63,545 nucleotides of DNA from IMG/VR virus record IMGVR_UViG_3300022536_000073, positions 1 through 63,545 of that record. One strand, written 5' to 3'. A model generated the notes under the pieces. It worked only from the letters and a program-made list of their open reading frames with translations, did not search any database and had not been told where the DNA came from. This DNA comes from a virus (taxonomy: Duplodnaviria > Caudoviricetes). A program made the position numbers and the translations under genes. This document shows positions 10,138-20,194 of the stretch, piece after piece; position 1 is the stretch's first letter, and each line of letters starts with the position of its first letter.

Positions 10138-11046
10138 ATGGTCATCTCCAGAGAACGTTTAGAAAAAATCAGGGAAATTATCGAAAAGAACTACTCTAAG
10201 CTAGTGATATCTACCCTAGGCCGCGGAGTGTTTTCTCAAAAAGAACTCAGACAGTTGAAAGAAGAGGGGGTAGATGTTTCAAACGATACCTCTCTTTTGT
10301 CTCTTATTTATAATCATAATTTTATTAACTCTCCCATTGACTCCCGCTCTCCTACATCCGTAGAAGAGATGAAGGGTCAGCAATCCCAGCCCGGCATCAC
10401 CCCTTCGGGAGAGGCCCACGACTATACTTTAGAAAACCTAAACGACAAAACGAGACAATTGATCGATAAGTTGCGGGGAGATGTTCAGACCCGCTTAGAG
10501 GGGATTATCAGAGATAACAATGATTCCTATAAACTCGAAGCCTTACAGAACTTGGATAGGTCCGAGATCGCTGACCAGTTAGTTAAGGAGTCCACATTAG
10601 GAAGAGTTAAGCAACGGCTCCGAGACACGACAAAAGACGGTACTCGAGACTGGATGCGGGTAGCTCTAACCGAGATGAGCAACGCCATCGGTACGGGATC
10701 CGTGGATCGAATTGTATCAGACAACAGGGATAATGATCTAGAAGATGTATACGTTTACAGGGTAATTGTGGGAGATGACTTAACTTGTAAATGGTGTAGA
10801 AAGTTTTACGGAGACGTGGGAGAGGCCCCAAAAGTATATAAACTTTCCACTCTTTTAGCCAACGGGTCTAATTACGGTAAAAAATCGGATACCTGGGGAC
10901 CCGTAATAGGAGCCACTCACCCAAATACTCGAACTTCCCAAATTATCGAACTTCGGCCCGGCTTTGCTGTACAAGCCGGAGGCTCCGTCACATATATCGG
11001 AATGGATAAGTGGCCAGAGTATATTCACGAAGTTTTAGTTGCCTAA
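10138..11046 (+). CDS. head morphogenesis protein (MuF/SPP1 gp7-like)
   Basis: RVALTE, TCKWC and HPNTR (variant of HPNCR); lies after the portal. Confidence 0.7.
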   Translation: MVISRERLEKIREIIEKNYSKLVISTLGRGVFSQKELRQLKEEGVDVSNDTSLLSLIYNHNFINSPIDSRSPTSVEEMKGQQSQPGITPSGEAHDYTLENLNDKTRQLIDKLRGDVQTRLEGIIRDNNDSYKLEALQNLDRSEIADQLVKESTLGRVKQRLRDTTKDGTRDWMRVALTEMSNAIGTGSVDRIVSDNRDNDLEDVYVYRVIVGDDLTCKWCRKFYGDVGEAPKVYKLSTLLANGSNYGKKSDTWGPVIGATHPNTRTSQIIELRPGFAVQAGGSVTYIGMDKWPEYIHEVLVA

Positions 11047-11092
11047 AAGTTTTTAGGTATACTTATCCCGCCCCATAAAATATAATCAAAAC

Positions 11093-11299
11093 ATGATCAC
11101 TTCTTTTTTAGAGGGAGAAACTTACCGACACAAAGACTACGGGGAGGTAGTTATGGTGTTGGGCATTGGGGAGGAGACCCCTGATGAGGTTGTGCTTGCT
11201 ATCCTGAGAATCGATCCAGATACCATGGAAAGTATTGGGGGCGGGGAGCTAACCGTTGCCAAAGACGAGTTTCAAAATTGGGAAATGCTGGCCCTATGA
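11093..11299 (+). CDS. hypothetical protein
   Basis: TATAAT 6 nt upstream of ATG; ATGA overlap with the next gene. Confidence 0.55.
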   Translation: MITSFLEGETYRHKDYGEVVMVLGIGEETPDEVVLAILRIDPDTMESIGGGELTVAKDEFQNWEMLAL

Positions 11300-11808
11300 G
11301 TAAGATCGAACAAAGAATCAAAGCCCTAAAAGCGCAAGAAGAGAAGTTAATCTTGGAAGGCATCAAGATTGAGTTCCTTCAGTACATCATGGACCAGGCC
11401 ACGGGTTGTGAAGAACCTCATTTCCAAAACGTTAAAGAACCCGTAGTCTCACTACTCCAAACATTTGTAAAGAAGGCTATACAATCCATTGAGGCCGAAA
11501 CTCCTTTAGATATTAAACTGAAATCAGAAGTTAAGCCTGTTCCTAAACAAAAAAAGAAAACTCAACCAGAAGACCTCCCCAAAGAAGAAGAGAAAACTGA
11601 GATTAACCAAAGTGGTGACCCTAACGATAAGCTAAGCTTTGCTTTAGCCAATCGACACCTCTCGGGCAAGAAGGTTAAGTTAGCTAATCCCGAAGATCCT
11701 AACCTCCCCTTTACTGGAGAGGTGGTGGGACTAGACGCCCCCTATGTGATCGTTAGAACCGATAACGGGCCTGTAATTAAGGCTCCCGTAGATAAGGTAG
11801 TGTTATGA
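11296..11808 (+). CDS. hypothetical protein
   Basis: Start placed at the ATGA overlap. Confidence 0.55.
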   Translation: MSKIEQRIKALKAQEEKLILEGIKIEFLQYIMDQATGCEEPHFQNVKEPVVSLLQTFVKKAIQSIEAETPLDIKLKSEVKPVPKQKKKTQPEDLPKEEEKTEINQSGDPNDKLSFALANRHLSGKKVKLANPEDPNLPFTGEVVGLDAPYVIVRTDNGPVIKAPVDKVVL

Positions 11809-12251
11809 TCCAAGGCCTTAATCTTCTAAGTCCCGAGAAACAGAAAACTGCACTAAAGACAAAAGAGTCCCTAGATCATATTTTTAACGAGATTTCAGAG
11901 GATCTCACGGGAGGTGCCTCTTATGCTGCAGACCAAAGGACAAAAGAGTTCCTAAAAAGGTTTGTCGGACCCGGAATTTCTTTTGATGATGTTGAGGCTT
12001 TTCACGCAGCAGCAAACTCCCATAAAAACGGAGTATTTACTTATAGTGGAGTGTTTTTCATAAAAACTCCTCTCGGTAACGTCCTGCCCGTAACGGAATA
12101 CACTACTTATCTAGAGAAGTGTGTGCTTGCTAACGAGGAGTTAGTTTCCGGGGCTATCGAGCAACAAAACTACTTTAATTCTTTATCGTTTTTTGGTTTA
12201 ATGAAACTAGCATTCAAAAATCTTTTCAAAAGGAGTGAATTAGATGGGTAA
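11805..12251 (+). CDS. hypothetical protein
   Basis: ATGA-coupled ORF. Confidence 0.55.
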   Translation: MIQGLNLLSPEKQKTALKTKESLDHIFNEISEDLTGGASYAADQRTKEFLKRFVGPGISFDDVEAFHAAANSHKNGVFTYSGVFFIKTPLGNVLPVTEYTTYLEKCVLANEELVSGAIEQQNYFNSLSFFGLMKLAFKNLFKRSELDG

Positions 12252-12789
12252 GAAGAAACGTCAACAACCACAGCAATCTTTCCAACAAATGGTGTCGGAT
12301 GCCACGTTAGCGAAGTTCAAGCCGTATATCGATTCACAAATTCAGGGGGTAGCTGCTGCCCTGGCTCAACAACAACGACAACAGATGGAAAATGTTTTTC
12401 TTAGATTGACGGTCTTGGAACAGGTCGTAGAGGAGAAACTTGACATCTCTAAAGACGAGTTAGCTGGCCGAGTGGCGGATGTTGAGGACCAAGCCCAAGG
12501 TTTTCTCCCTGTAAAAACCGTAGAAGAGGGAGACCGGGTACGAATGGAAATCCGCACTAAAGCTGCGGATCAAGACGAGTATCAAGGCGAGTCTCGTCTA
12601 ATGGTAGACAACGTCGGTTCTGGCCAAACTCTGGGTCCTGAGATCGAAAAACCAGTTGTAGGAATGGCTACAGGGGAAGTAAAAGAAATCAAATTTGGCA
12701 AAGACCAAAGCATGACGGCTCAAGTGACAATCAACCGAGTATCTCGTGCACCTAAACAGGAGGAATCCGATGATTCAAATGAGGGGTAA
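12244..12789 (+). CDS. coiled-coil protein with trigger-factor-like FKBP domain
   Basis: VEEGDRVRM...VGSGQTLGPEIEKPVVGMATGEVKEI resembles the trigger factor PPIase domain. Confidence 0.6.
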   Translation: MGKKKRQQPQQSFQQMVSDATLAKFKPYIDSQIQGVAAALAQQQRQQMENVFLRLTVLEQVVEEKLDISKDELAGRVADVEDQAQGFLPVKTVEEGDRVRMEIRTKAADQDEYQGESRLMVDNVGSGQTLGPEIEKPVVGMATGEVKEIKFGKDQSMTAQVTINRVSRAPKQEESDDSNEG

Positions 12790-13078
12790 AAACGTAGGTG
12801 TCGTTAAAGTAAAGGAAACTAAAAAGTCTGCAGGAACTTTTGATTCTATAATTGCTTTGCCTGATGACGACAATTCAGCGGGGATCATTAAGTACCTAGG
12901 CAAGGAAATGTCTGAGAATTCAGACCTTAAGGTGGGTACCAAGGTTTATTTTGGGGGCAAACGGTATACTGTGGTCATCGGGGGTGAGGAGATCCTGATT
13001 ATGGACGAAGATAATATCGTTGCGGTCTCTGAGGAGCCTATCACAAAGGACGCTAGAAATGTCCAAGCAGAAGGCTAA
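12770..13078 (+). CDS. groES: GroES/Cpn10-like co-chaperonin
   Basis: Mobile-loop-like KKSAG..IIALP, LKVGTKVYF and EILIMDEDNIVAV; AGGAGG RBS before ATG 12770. Confidence 0.75.
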   Translation: MIQMRGKNVGVVKVKETKKSAGTFDSIIALPDDDNSAGIIKYLGKEMSENSDLKVGTKVYFGGKRYTVVIGGEEILIMDEDNIVAVSEEPITKDARNVQAEG

Positions 13079-13685
13079 AGCTAGTCGAGGCTCACAAAAA
13101 AATCTATCCAATATTGGTAGAACGACGGTAGATAACAAACTCACACACTCCGCAATGATGCTCAACTATCAATTTGAGTGGGGAGTGGACTTCACTAATC
13201 GGATAATCAATCTAGTTGGCGAAATCGACGAAAAAGCGTTTGAGAAGGTAGATCAGGCCCTGACTACCATGGAAGCTGATAACCGACAAAAAATCACTAT
13301 AAAAATTAACTCTCCGGGGGGAGATACCTACCAAGCTTTAGCAATCGTTGGTAGGATGCGGGAGAGCCCGTGTTATATCCATACTAAGGGATATGGCCAC
13401 ATCATGTCTGCGGCCGCCCTAATCCTAGCCGCGGGAAATAAACGACGCATGTCAGACGTCGCCTTTTTTATGTGGCACGAAGCATCTTACGGGATTGAGG
13501 GCCGTCACTCGGAAAATAAAGCCGTAGTAAAGCAGATGGAAAAAGAAGAGAGACTTTGGGCACAGCAAATGGCGGAGTGTTCCAATAAATCCGAAACATA
13601 TTGGTCAGAAAACGGCATTCACATCGACGCTTACTATACGGCAGAACAATTACTAAAAATGGAGGTTGTTGATGAGCTCTTCTAG
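13059..13685 (+). CDS. clpP: ClpP-like serine protease
   Basis: INSPGG, MSAA (catalytic Ser) and FMWHE (His). Confidence 0.85.
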   Translation: MSKQKAKASRGSQKNLSNIGRTTVDNKLTHSAMMLNYQFEWGVDFTNRIINLVGEIDEKAFEKVDQALTTMEADNRQKITIKINSPGGDTYQALAIVGRMRESPCYIHTKGYGHIMSAAALILAAGNKRRMSDVAFFMWHEASYGIEGRHSENKAVVKQMEKEERLWAQQMAECSNKSETYWSENGIHIDAYYTAEQLLKMEVVDELF

Positions 13686-13950
13686 CATTACGGACAGAAT
13701 CGTAAATGCCAAGCGTTTTTGCACTAGCCACTCCCGGAGAGTTAAGGACTTGAGGGTAAACCCAAAATTTTTAGATAAGTGGAGCAAAGAGTTTTGGACT
13801 GGTTCAAAATTTGAAGGAAAAAAGCTGAAACTGTTTTTTGTGGATGATGTTGAAATTCCGGTAATTGAGGATGATAAGGTTAAAGAGTTTTATTTAAGGT
13901 TCGATAGTCCATTGACTGTTTATGGGGTGTGGAGCAATGGATTCTTCTAA
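13666..13950 (+). CDS. hypothetical protein
   Basis: Overlapping ORF in the operon. Confidence 0.5.
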   Translation: MLMSSSSITDRIVNAKRFCTSHSRRVKDLRVNPKFLDKWSKEFWTGSKFEGKKLKLFFVDDVEIPVIEDDKVKEFYLRFDSPLTVYGVWSNGFF

Positions 13951-14704
13951 AAAAGACCTCATCACCATATACAATAAGTCGGTCGACCGTCCCAGAAAAA
14001 AATCAAAGACTAAGTCTACCCCCTCAATTAAACCTTCTATGCTAGGCTCCCCATGCATGAGGAAGAACTTCTATTCATATAATAAGGTAGAAGAGGACAT
14101 CAAATTTCCTCTTAAAAATGCGCGCATAGTGAAGTTGGGGGACGCAATTGGGAATATGTTGTTCGAAGCTTTTGAAAAAGAAGGCGTAGCTATTAGATGT
14201 AGAAAACCCGATGGGTCATATTATACAGGCTTTGACGGCAAACCTGATTACGAGTTTAGATTAACGTACCCCGAACTAGGAGTTAAGCTTGGGAAAATCG
14301 ATTTAGTCGCAGTTTTGGATAGTCGTTTATGGTTGGGAGAGTTTAAGTCGATCAATGAAAGAGGCTTCAGAACCCTCAACGGCCCCAAACCCGCTCACTT
14401 AGTACAGGGGGTTTTGTATCTATATTTATTTAATAAAGCTTTGTCTGAGGGGATGTTTGACCACATTGAGGAGCTAGAGCCTTTCACCAAGGCCGAAGGC
14501 ATGAAGTTTTTGTATTACCAAAAAGATGGCTCAAATCTTAAAGAATTTTCTGTTACACAAGCTGATGACACCTTCAAAAGTATAGTCCAAAAAATTCAGC
14601 AAATCAAGTGGCATGCTGAAGAGGACGTTCTCCCCCCTAAAACCCCCGATTTCTGCGGAACATGCCCGTGGAAAAATAAATGTGCACAAAATAAAAAGAA
14701 ATAA
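13922..14704 (+). CDS. Cas4-like PD-(D/E)XK exonuclease
   Basis: PS..G.PC.R, GKID, EFKS, Q...Y and C-terminal CxxCx5C; true start may be 13937. Confidence 0.8.
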   Translation: MGCGAMDSSKKDLITIYNKSVDRPRKKSKTKSTPSIKPSMLGSPCMRKNFYSYNKVEEDIKFPLKNARIVKLGDAIGNMLFEAFEKEGVAIRCRKPDGSYYTGFDGKPDYEFRLTYPELGVKLGKIDLVAVLDSRLWLGEFKSINERGFRTLNGPKPAHLVQGVLYLYLFNKALSEGMFDHIEELEPFTKAEGMKFLYYQKDGSNLKEFSVTQADDTFKSIVQKIQQIKWHAEEDVLPPKTPDFCGTCPWKNKCAQNKKK

Positions 14705-14740
14705 CCCCCTACCCCCTCTTTTTTTAGATACAATTAACTT

Positions 14741-14926
14741 ATGGAAGCGTTGGAACTTAACTTAATTGCTAAAAAACAAGAGCTAGAGGATGTACTTACC
14801 TATGCCCTCAACCATGCTCCTGTTTATTTAACAGTAGTCAAGAAGCTCAAGGAAGATATAGAGTTTTGTGATCTAGCGCTAAAAGAACTACGCTCTAAGA
14901 AGGCTTTTTCCGCTCTTCTGGGCTAA
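14741..14926 (+). CDS. hypothetical protein
   Basis: TACAAT 6 nt before ATG. Confidence 0.5.
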   Translation: MEALELNLIAKKQELEDVLTYALNHAPVYLTVVKKLKEDIEFCDLALKELRSKKAFSALLG

Positions 14927-14958
14927 AAATAAAAAATACCGAAGGATTGGTGTATTAA

Positions 14959-15915
14959 ATGAAAACCGCTCTAATTGTTTTTGGGTCATTCCTAGCATTG
15001 TTGGTAGCCCCTACTGTTCATAAATCAGTTCCGGGCAAACTCGAGAAGACCTCCGAAGTTGTGAACGTAGGTACTTACGCTCCGGAAATTCTCCCACAAC
15101 TAAACTCTGACCTTAGAGAAAATAAACCTATTAAAATTTTCCCCGTTAGAAAGATCATCACCCTCGAGGCGTCTAATACCGTAGTTTTCCGAGGACCTGT
15201 TACCGCAGAGTCTGTTGGCAAGGCCATGGCGGAGCTCAAGGCGATTAGCTCTAAAGTGTCTCACAAAACCCCAATCTATCTAGTTCTCGATACTCCAGGC
15301 GGGTCGGTCTTTGACGGTTTGGATTTTATTGATTTCACTAAGGCCCTTCCTCAAGAAGTTCACACCGTTACGCTTTTCGCCGCTTCTATGGGGTTTCAAA
15401 TTGCCCAAAACCTAAATCGCCGCTACATCACACGAAACGGCATCCTTATGAGCCACCGTGCGTCTTTGTCCGGCTTAACAGGACAAATTGACGGGGAGTT
15501 CGAGACCCGCTATAGAATGATTAAACGGGCAGTCGATTATCTAGACGTTCGAGCAGCGTCTAGAATGAAGCTAAGCGTGAAAACCTACAAATCTATGATC
15601 TATAATGAGTATTGGGTACGTGGTTTTGATGCTCCGAGGGAAAATGCCGCTGACCAACAGATCATGTTAAGGTGTGGAAAAAGTCTCGACGGAGAGAGCA
15701 TTGAATACGTACAGTCCTTCTTCGGCATGGTGCGCTTAACTTTTTCGAATTGCCCCATGATCAGAGCTCCTTTAAAAGTGGACTTTTCAGGCCTTGTATC
15801 TGGAATAGAGGATCCCCAGAATTTTAAAAATAACTTCATGATGGCTTTTACAAACCAATCCCGATTCGTAGAGAGGTTTGTTGTCAATAACGAGTTTAGA
15901 AAGATTTTCCCATAG
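14959..15915 (+). CDS. ClpP-fold protease with N-terminal signal or anchor
   Basis: Hydrophobic N-terminus; LDTPGGSV, AASMG and LMSHRA motifs. Confidence 0.75.
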   Translation: MKTALIVFGSFLALLVAPTVHKSVPGKLEKTSEVVNVGTYAPEILPQLNSDLRENKPIKIFPVRKIITLEASNTVVFRGPVTAESVGKAMAELKAISSKVSHKTPIYLVLDTPGGSVFDGLDFIDFTKALPQEVHTVTLFAASMGFQIAQNLNRRYITRNGILMSHRASLSGLTGQIDGEFETRYRMIKRAVDYLDVRAASRMKLSVKTYKSMIYNEYWVRGFDAPRENAADQQIMLRCGKSLDGESIEYVQSFFGMVRLTFSNCPMIRAPLKVDFSGLVSGIEDPQNFKNNFMMAFTNQSRFVERFVVNNEFRKIFP

Positions 15916-15949
15916 AGCGTAGTCGGGGATAGTTTTAGGAGTTCACGGA

Positions 15950-16360
15950 ATGAACGACAAGCCAAAACTAAAGCTTATCAAGCCCGATCCAGGTCCTAAG
16001 AGATCTTGTAGGAAGGGTGGGGCGTGCGGTTCTAACGCTTCGGAAGATTGCGCCACTTCCTGCGAATGGTGGTTAAACCACAAAGAGTCTCATTATTGTT
16101 TTTGGACATATGTTCTGAATAAATCGGACGAAAATGGTATGATGAAAGAATTGGTGCAATCCGAGTTAGCTCAACTTTTTGGGTGGTCAGACACCAAAAC
16201 TCATTTCGTCCTAAAACAGGCTATTGAGGAACTGACCGTAGCCTTGCGGAAAAATGGGGCAGAGGAACTACTAACGGCTCTAGAAGAGGGTTCAGACGAG
16301 TCCTCAGACCCTACGACCCGCACTACCTCCCCGCCCCAAGACGACGATTTTAGCGAATAA
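15950..16360 (+). CDS. Cys-rich protein with sigma-region-4-like HTH
   Basis: Several Cys residues followed by LVQSELAQLFGWSDTKTHFVLKQAIEEL. Confidence 0.45.
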   Translation: MNDKPKLKLIKPDPGPKRSCRKGGACGSNASEDCATSCEWWLNHKESHYCFWTYVLNKSDENGMMKELVQSELAQLFGWSDTKTHFVLKQAIEELTVALRKNGAEELLTALEEGSDESSDPTTRTTSPPQDDDFSE

Positions 16361-16392
16361 TTGAAAACTTAATTTTTTAGTAAAATATAATT

Positions 16393-17502
16393 ATGGAAAA
16401 ATTTAATTTCACTATGCCCGCTGAGATTGTTAAGTCAAAGGATGGCGAATATAAGATCGCAGGGCTAGCCTCTACCGAAGACGTTGACCAACAACAAGAA
16501 GTGATTATCCAAAAGGGGATTGACTTAACTCCGGTAGACGAGGGTAAGGGATTTTTCAATTTTGACCACTCTAACCGCCCCGAGGACCTGATCGGTACCG
16601 TGGATGGCTATCACCGCGATGCTAAGGGCCTGTACGTCCATGGGAAGCTTTTCAAGGGTCATGAGCGTGCCGAGGCCGTTTATGCCATTATGAAGGGCTT
16701 GGGGGAGCGAAAGCGCGGAGCCGTGGGTCTCTCGGTTGAGGGGCAAATCCTAGAGCGGGACACCTCCAATCCTAAAGTAATCAAAAAATGCCGAATTAAG
16801 AACGTTGCCGTCACTTTTAGCCCCGTTAACAAAAACACCTACGCCGACCTCATGAAATCTATGTCAGCTGACGCGGAAGTAGAGTTTGAGGCTACTAAAG
16901 AGAACCTCGAAACTAACGGAGATGAGCAAGATCCACAAGCTACCTTCACCGCTAACCAGGTCATGGCTATTGTTCAAAAAGCACTGGGTGTGGGGGCTGG
17001 TTATACCCAGGCTCCGGTTGATCGATCGGGTGGGGACGCCATGGCTACTTCAGATATGAAGGCGGAAGAGAAAAAGAAGAAAAAGGAAGAGCCCGAGGTC
17101 CAAGGTGAGCAAAAAGCCTACAAAATGAAGAAAATGGCTAAATCAGAGTTCGCCAAAAGCCTTACTTCAATTCTAGATAAACTTCAGGTTCTATATCCCG
17201 AAAATAGCCGCTCTGAGCTTTGGGAAGCTGTCAAAGACCGTTTGGACACTAAATTCCCAGCAATTCACAAAGGTCTCCGACTAAAACAGACCACGGCTAA
17301 AGAGCGAGAGCATAAACTATATGAGGATGCTCGCCAACGTTCCGATTATGAAGACAATAAGGATAAATCTCGTCAACAACTAGCGGAAACGGCCCGAGAA
17401 TCAGGAGCCCCAGCTAAAGAGAGGGCTCAAATCCGAGCTCAAGCAGACGCAGCTAAACAAGTTGGTGACCGGGACCATGTACGTCCCGGTGTACGTGGCT
17501 AA
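16393..17502 (+). CDS. prohead protease
   Basis: IAGLASTEDVD, FNFDH and GLSVEG; precedes scaffold and major capsid. Confidence 0.88.
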   Translation: MEKFNFTMPAEIVKSKDGEYKIAGLASTEDVDQQQEVIIQKGIDLTPVDEGKGFFNFDHSNRPEDLIGTVDGYHRDAKGLYVHGKLFKGHERAEAVYAIMKGLGERKRGAVGLSVEGQILERDTSNPKVIKKCRIKNVAVTFSPVNKNTYADLMKSMSADAEVEFEATKENLETNGDEQDPQATFTANQVMAIVQKALGVGAGYTQAPVDRSGGDAMATSDMKAEEKKKKKEEPEVQGEQKAYKMKKMAKSEFAKSLTSILDKLQVLYPENSRSELWEAVKDRLDTKFPAIHKGLRLKQTTAKEREHKLYEDARQRSDYEDNKDKSRQQLAETARESGAPAKERAQIRAQADAAKQVGDRDHVRPGVRG

Positions 17503-17523
17503 AAAAGTAAAAAAATAAGTTTT

Positions 17524-17532
17524 GGATATAAT
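17524..17532 (+). promoter_or_regulatory. putative late promoter GGATATAAT
   Basis: Variant motif upstream of scaffold and major capsid. Confidence 0.55.
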
Positions 17533-17570
17533 TGGACTATAACGTTTTTAATTTTTAGGAGTTATTTATA

Positions 17571-18413
17571 ATGAACGAAGAACAACTTACTAAGTCAATT
17601 GACGCTTTGATCGACGATCTCTTCACTGCTGAACCAGAAGAAGTTGAAAAATCGATTGAAATCGCAAAAGACGCAGACACTACCGCTGATAAAGCCGTTG
17701 GAAAAGCTCCTAAGGCGCAAAAAGACGAAGCACGCGGGGCGGGTCGTCCTAAACAAATCTCTGACATTCCTCAAGAGGATATGGACGGAGACCGGGCCAA
17801 TGAGTATGACGACGAAATCTCTGAAAACGACGATAAAGAGACTCAACCAGAAGAAACTCAACAATCTCCATCTATCGACCAGGCCTGCGAGGGCAAAGGT
17901 CGTCTGAAGTCATCTCCTAAAGCTCCCGCTATACGACCTTTCAAAAAGTCTGAAACTGGTGAGTCAGAAGAAATCTCTGATGAAGACTGGGCTGCTTTCC
18001 AAGAGTTCAAGAAATCTCAAGCTGAAGCCGAAGAGCTCAAAAAAGCTGAAGAAGCTAAAAAAGAGCAAGAAGAGCTAGTGAAAAGCGCCGTAGCTGCCGC
18101 TATTGCCGACGTGAGAAAAGAGAACGAAGAACTCCGCAAGTCGGTATCTGAGTCTCAAGAGCTTCTTAAGGCTATGGCCTCTACACCAGCTAAACCGAAG
18201 TCAATCACTAATGTCCAAGCTTTGGAAAAATCAGAATCTCCCGAAGAAAAAGGTCCAGAGACCTTTACTAAATCAGAAATCCTTGACGGGATGGAAGAGC
18301 TAGTTAAAGCCGGTAAGCTTTCTGATCAAGTAGTATACGAATACGAGATGACGGACCGAGTAACCGATCCCGAAACTCGTAAAGCCGTAGAAGACTACAT
18401 GTCGAAGCGATAA
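17571..18413 (+). CDS. capsid scaffolding protein
   Basis: Acidic coiled coil between the protease and major capsid; many (hydrophobic)xK(S/A) sites. Confidence 0.75.
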   Translation: MNEEQLTKSIDALIDDLFTAEPEEVEKSIEIAKDADTTADKAVGKAPKAQKDEARGAGRPKQISDIPQEDMDGDRANEYDDEISENDDKETQPEETQQSPSIDQACEGKGRLKSSPKAPAIRPFKKSETGESEEISDEDWAAFQEFKKSQAEAEELKKAEEAKKEQEELVKSAVAAAIADVRKENEELRKSVSESQELLKAMASTPAKPKSITNVQALEKSESPEEKGPETFTKSEILDGMEELVKAGKLSDQVVYEYEMTDRVTDPETRKAVEDYMSKR

Positions 18414-18499
18414 AAAAGTTTAGTTTTTAACAAATCAAAACTACAATTAACCAATAACAAAAATAACTTAAACATCAACCTTGTAAGGAGACATTTATT

Positions 18500-19909
18500 A
18501 TGTCTAATGTAATCGACCAGGTTGCTAATGATCCATCTCTAACTGGATTTGGTTCTCATTCAGCAGCTCAAATTGAGCAACTTCAAAAGGCTCTATCGAT
18601 TTCTCAAAACTATGGTACGACTGCTCCCCAGGATCTAGCTGGTGGATCTGCTCTTGCTGTTGAGGACCTCGATCGCACTTTGAAGCTTGTTACCCATGGT
18701 TTGGAACACTTGAAGTTGTGGAAAGACATCCTCAAGGAAAAAGTTCCTCAAACCGTTCATGAATATAACGTTCAAAACTCTTACGGTCAAGAAGTTTCTC
18801 CATTCTTCTCAATGGGCGGAACTCCAGTCAACACTGACGCTAACTATGACCGTGAAGTTGTCCAAGTTAAGTATCTTGGAACCCAAGGACAAGTTCAACA
18901 CAACTTGACTTTGATCCAAGCTGCTCACGGACCCGTGATTGCACGAGAAGTTAAGAACAAAACTATCGAACTTTTGGCTCGAAACGAGCGCTCAATGTTC
19001 GAAGCTGACGAAGACATCAACGCTCTTGAGTACGATGGAATCGAAAAGCAAATCCGCGAAAAAGAAGCTCTCGCTCAGTACAAATCTACGGCTTTCGCTG
19101 GTTACGAGTCTGCTGGTGCAGATGAGTCTGTAATCCTCGATATTCGTGGTGCGTTCTCTGACGAAGTTGCTGAAGACATGGCGCTTAAAAACGTCAATAA
19201 CTTTGGTATGGCTATGGACTGTTACCTCGGTACCGATGTCCACTCTGCCTTCTCGAAGGACTTCTTCAACAAGCAACGTACGCTTCCAGGTGAGACCCTC
19301 ACTTCTGGTAACCGTGTAAAAGAGCACACTGGAACTATCGATTTCCGATTCAAGCCTAGCTTGTTCAATCGTCCTCGTAAAGCTCCTTTGGCTGCTACGG
19401 TTTCTGGATCTGCGGCTCCTGTTACAGCGAACGGTGACTCTCCGGTAGATGCGAATTCAGAATTCGCAGCTGGCGATGCTGGTACTTACAGCTACAAAAT
19501 CTCAGCTGTATACAGCGACGGTGAGACTTTGCCTTCAGCTAACGAAGAAATCGTAGTTACTGCAGGCGATAAAGTAACGACTGAGATCACTTATGTAGGT
19601 GCTCCTCTTTACTTTAACGTTTTCCGAGCTCCAGTTGATACAGCTGCTGGTTGGGAAATGATCGGACGGGTAGCTCCTGCTGGAACTGGTAACGCCCACG
19701 ACATCGATCTCAACTCAACGCTTCCTGGTTCTGCTAAAGCGTTCTTGTTGATGCACGATAGCGATGCTCTTTGCTGGAAACAGCTTGGTAGCATGATCAA
19801 ATACGATCTCGCTGTTACCGACACCAGCTACAAGTGGTTGCAACTCCTTTATGGAACGCCGCTTGTTACTGCTGCTCGTAAGCAGACTATCGCGAAGAAC
19901 TTGACCTAA
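18500..19909 (+). CDS. major capsid protein (SPO1/Twort-like)
   Basis: QKAL..GGSALAVEDLDRTLK, EYDGIEK, inserted Fn3-like segment, strongly biased codons, followed by a terminator. Confidence 0.92.
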   Translation: MSNVIDQVANDPSLTGFGSHSAAQIEQLQKALSISQNYGTTAPQDLAGGSALAVEDLDRTLKLVTHGLEHLKLWKDILKEKVPQTVHEYNVQNSYGQEVSPFFSMGGTPVNTDANYDREVVQVKYLGTQGQVQHNLTLIQAAHGPVIAREVKNKTIELLARNERSMFEADEDINALEYDGIEKQIREKEALAQYKSTAFAGYESAGADESVILDIRGAFSDEVAEDMALKNVNNFGMAMDCYLGTDVHSAFSKDFFNKQRTLPGETLTSGNRVKEHTGTIDFRFKPSLFNRPRKAPLAATVSGSAAPVTANGDSPVDANSEFAAGDAGTYSYKISAVYSDGETLPSANEEIVVTAGDKVTTEITYVGAPLYFNVFRAPVDTAAGWEMIGRVAPAGTGNAHDIDLNSTLPGSAKAFLLMHDSDALCWKQLGSMIKYDLAVTDTSYKWLQLLYGTPLVTAARKQTIAKNLT

Positions 19910-19936
19910 GTTTTTCCGTTAGCCGCAATGGCTTAT

Positions 19937-19971
19937 AAGGCCCGGGAGTTAACGCTTCCGGGCCTTTTTTT
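19937..19971 (+). terminator. rho-independent terminator
   Basis: AAGGCCCGGGAG/CTTCCGGGCCTT stem followed by a T tract. Confidence 0.9.
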
Positions 19972-19978
19972 ATTTCAT

Positions 19979-20194
19979 TTATTCTTCCATTAATGTGTCA
20001 TATACCAAATCTGAGATACGATTTTCTAGCTCACTATCTAGAAACCACTCCCCTTGTACTCTATTGCCATCAATAACCACTTCACCAACAGTGTAATCGA
20101 ATTCAGGGGGGTAATTATATGTTGCTGGTAGATAATAAGGGTTAATTATCTCAATATTGTAATATTTATTTTTATATTCAAAATCCAGATTCAC
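19979..20194 (-). CDS. hypothetical protein
   Basis: AT-rich ORF, GTGA-coupled to the upstream gene. Confidence 0.5.
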   Translation of the reverse strand: MNLDFEYKNKYYNIEIINPYYLPATYNYPPEFDYTVGEVVIDGNRVQGEWFLDSELENRISDLVYDTLMEE

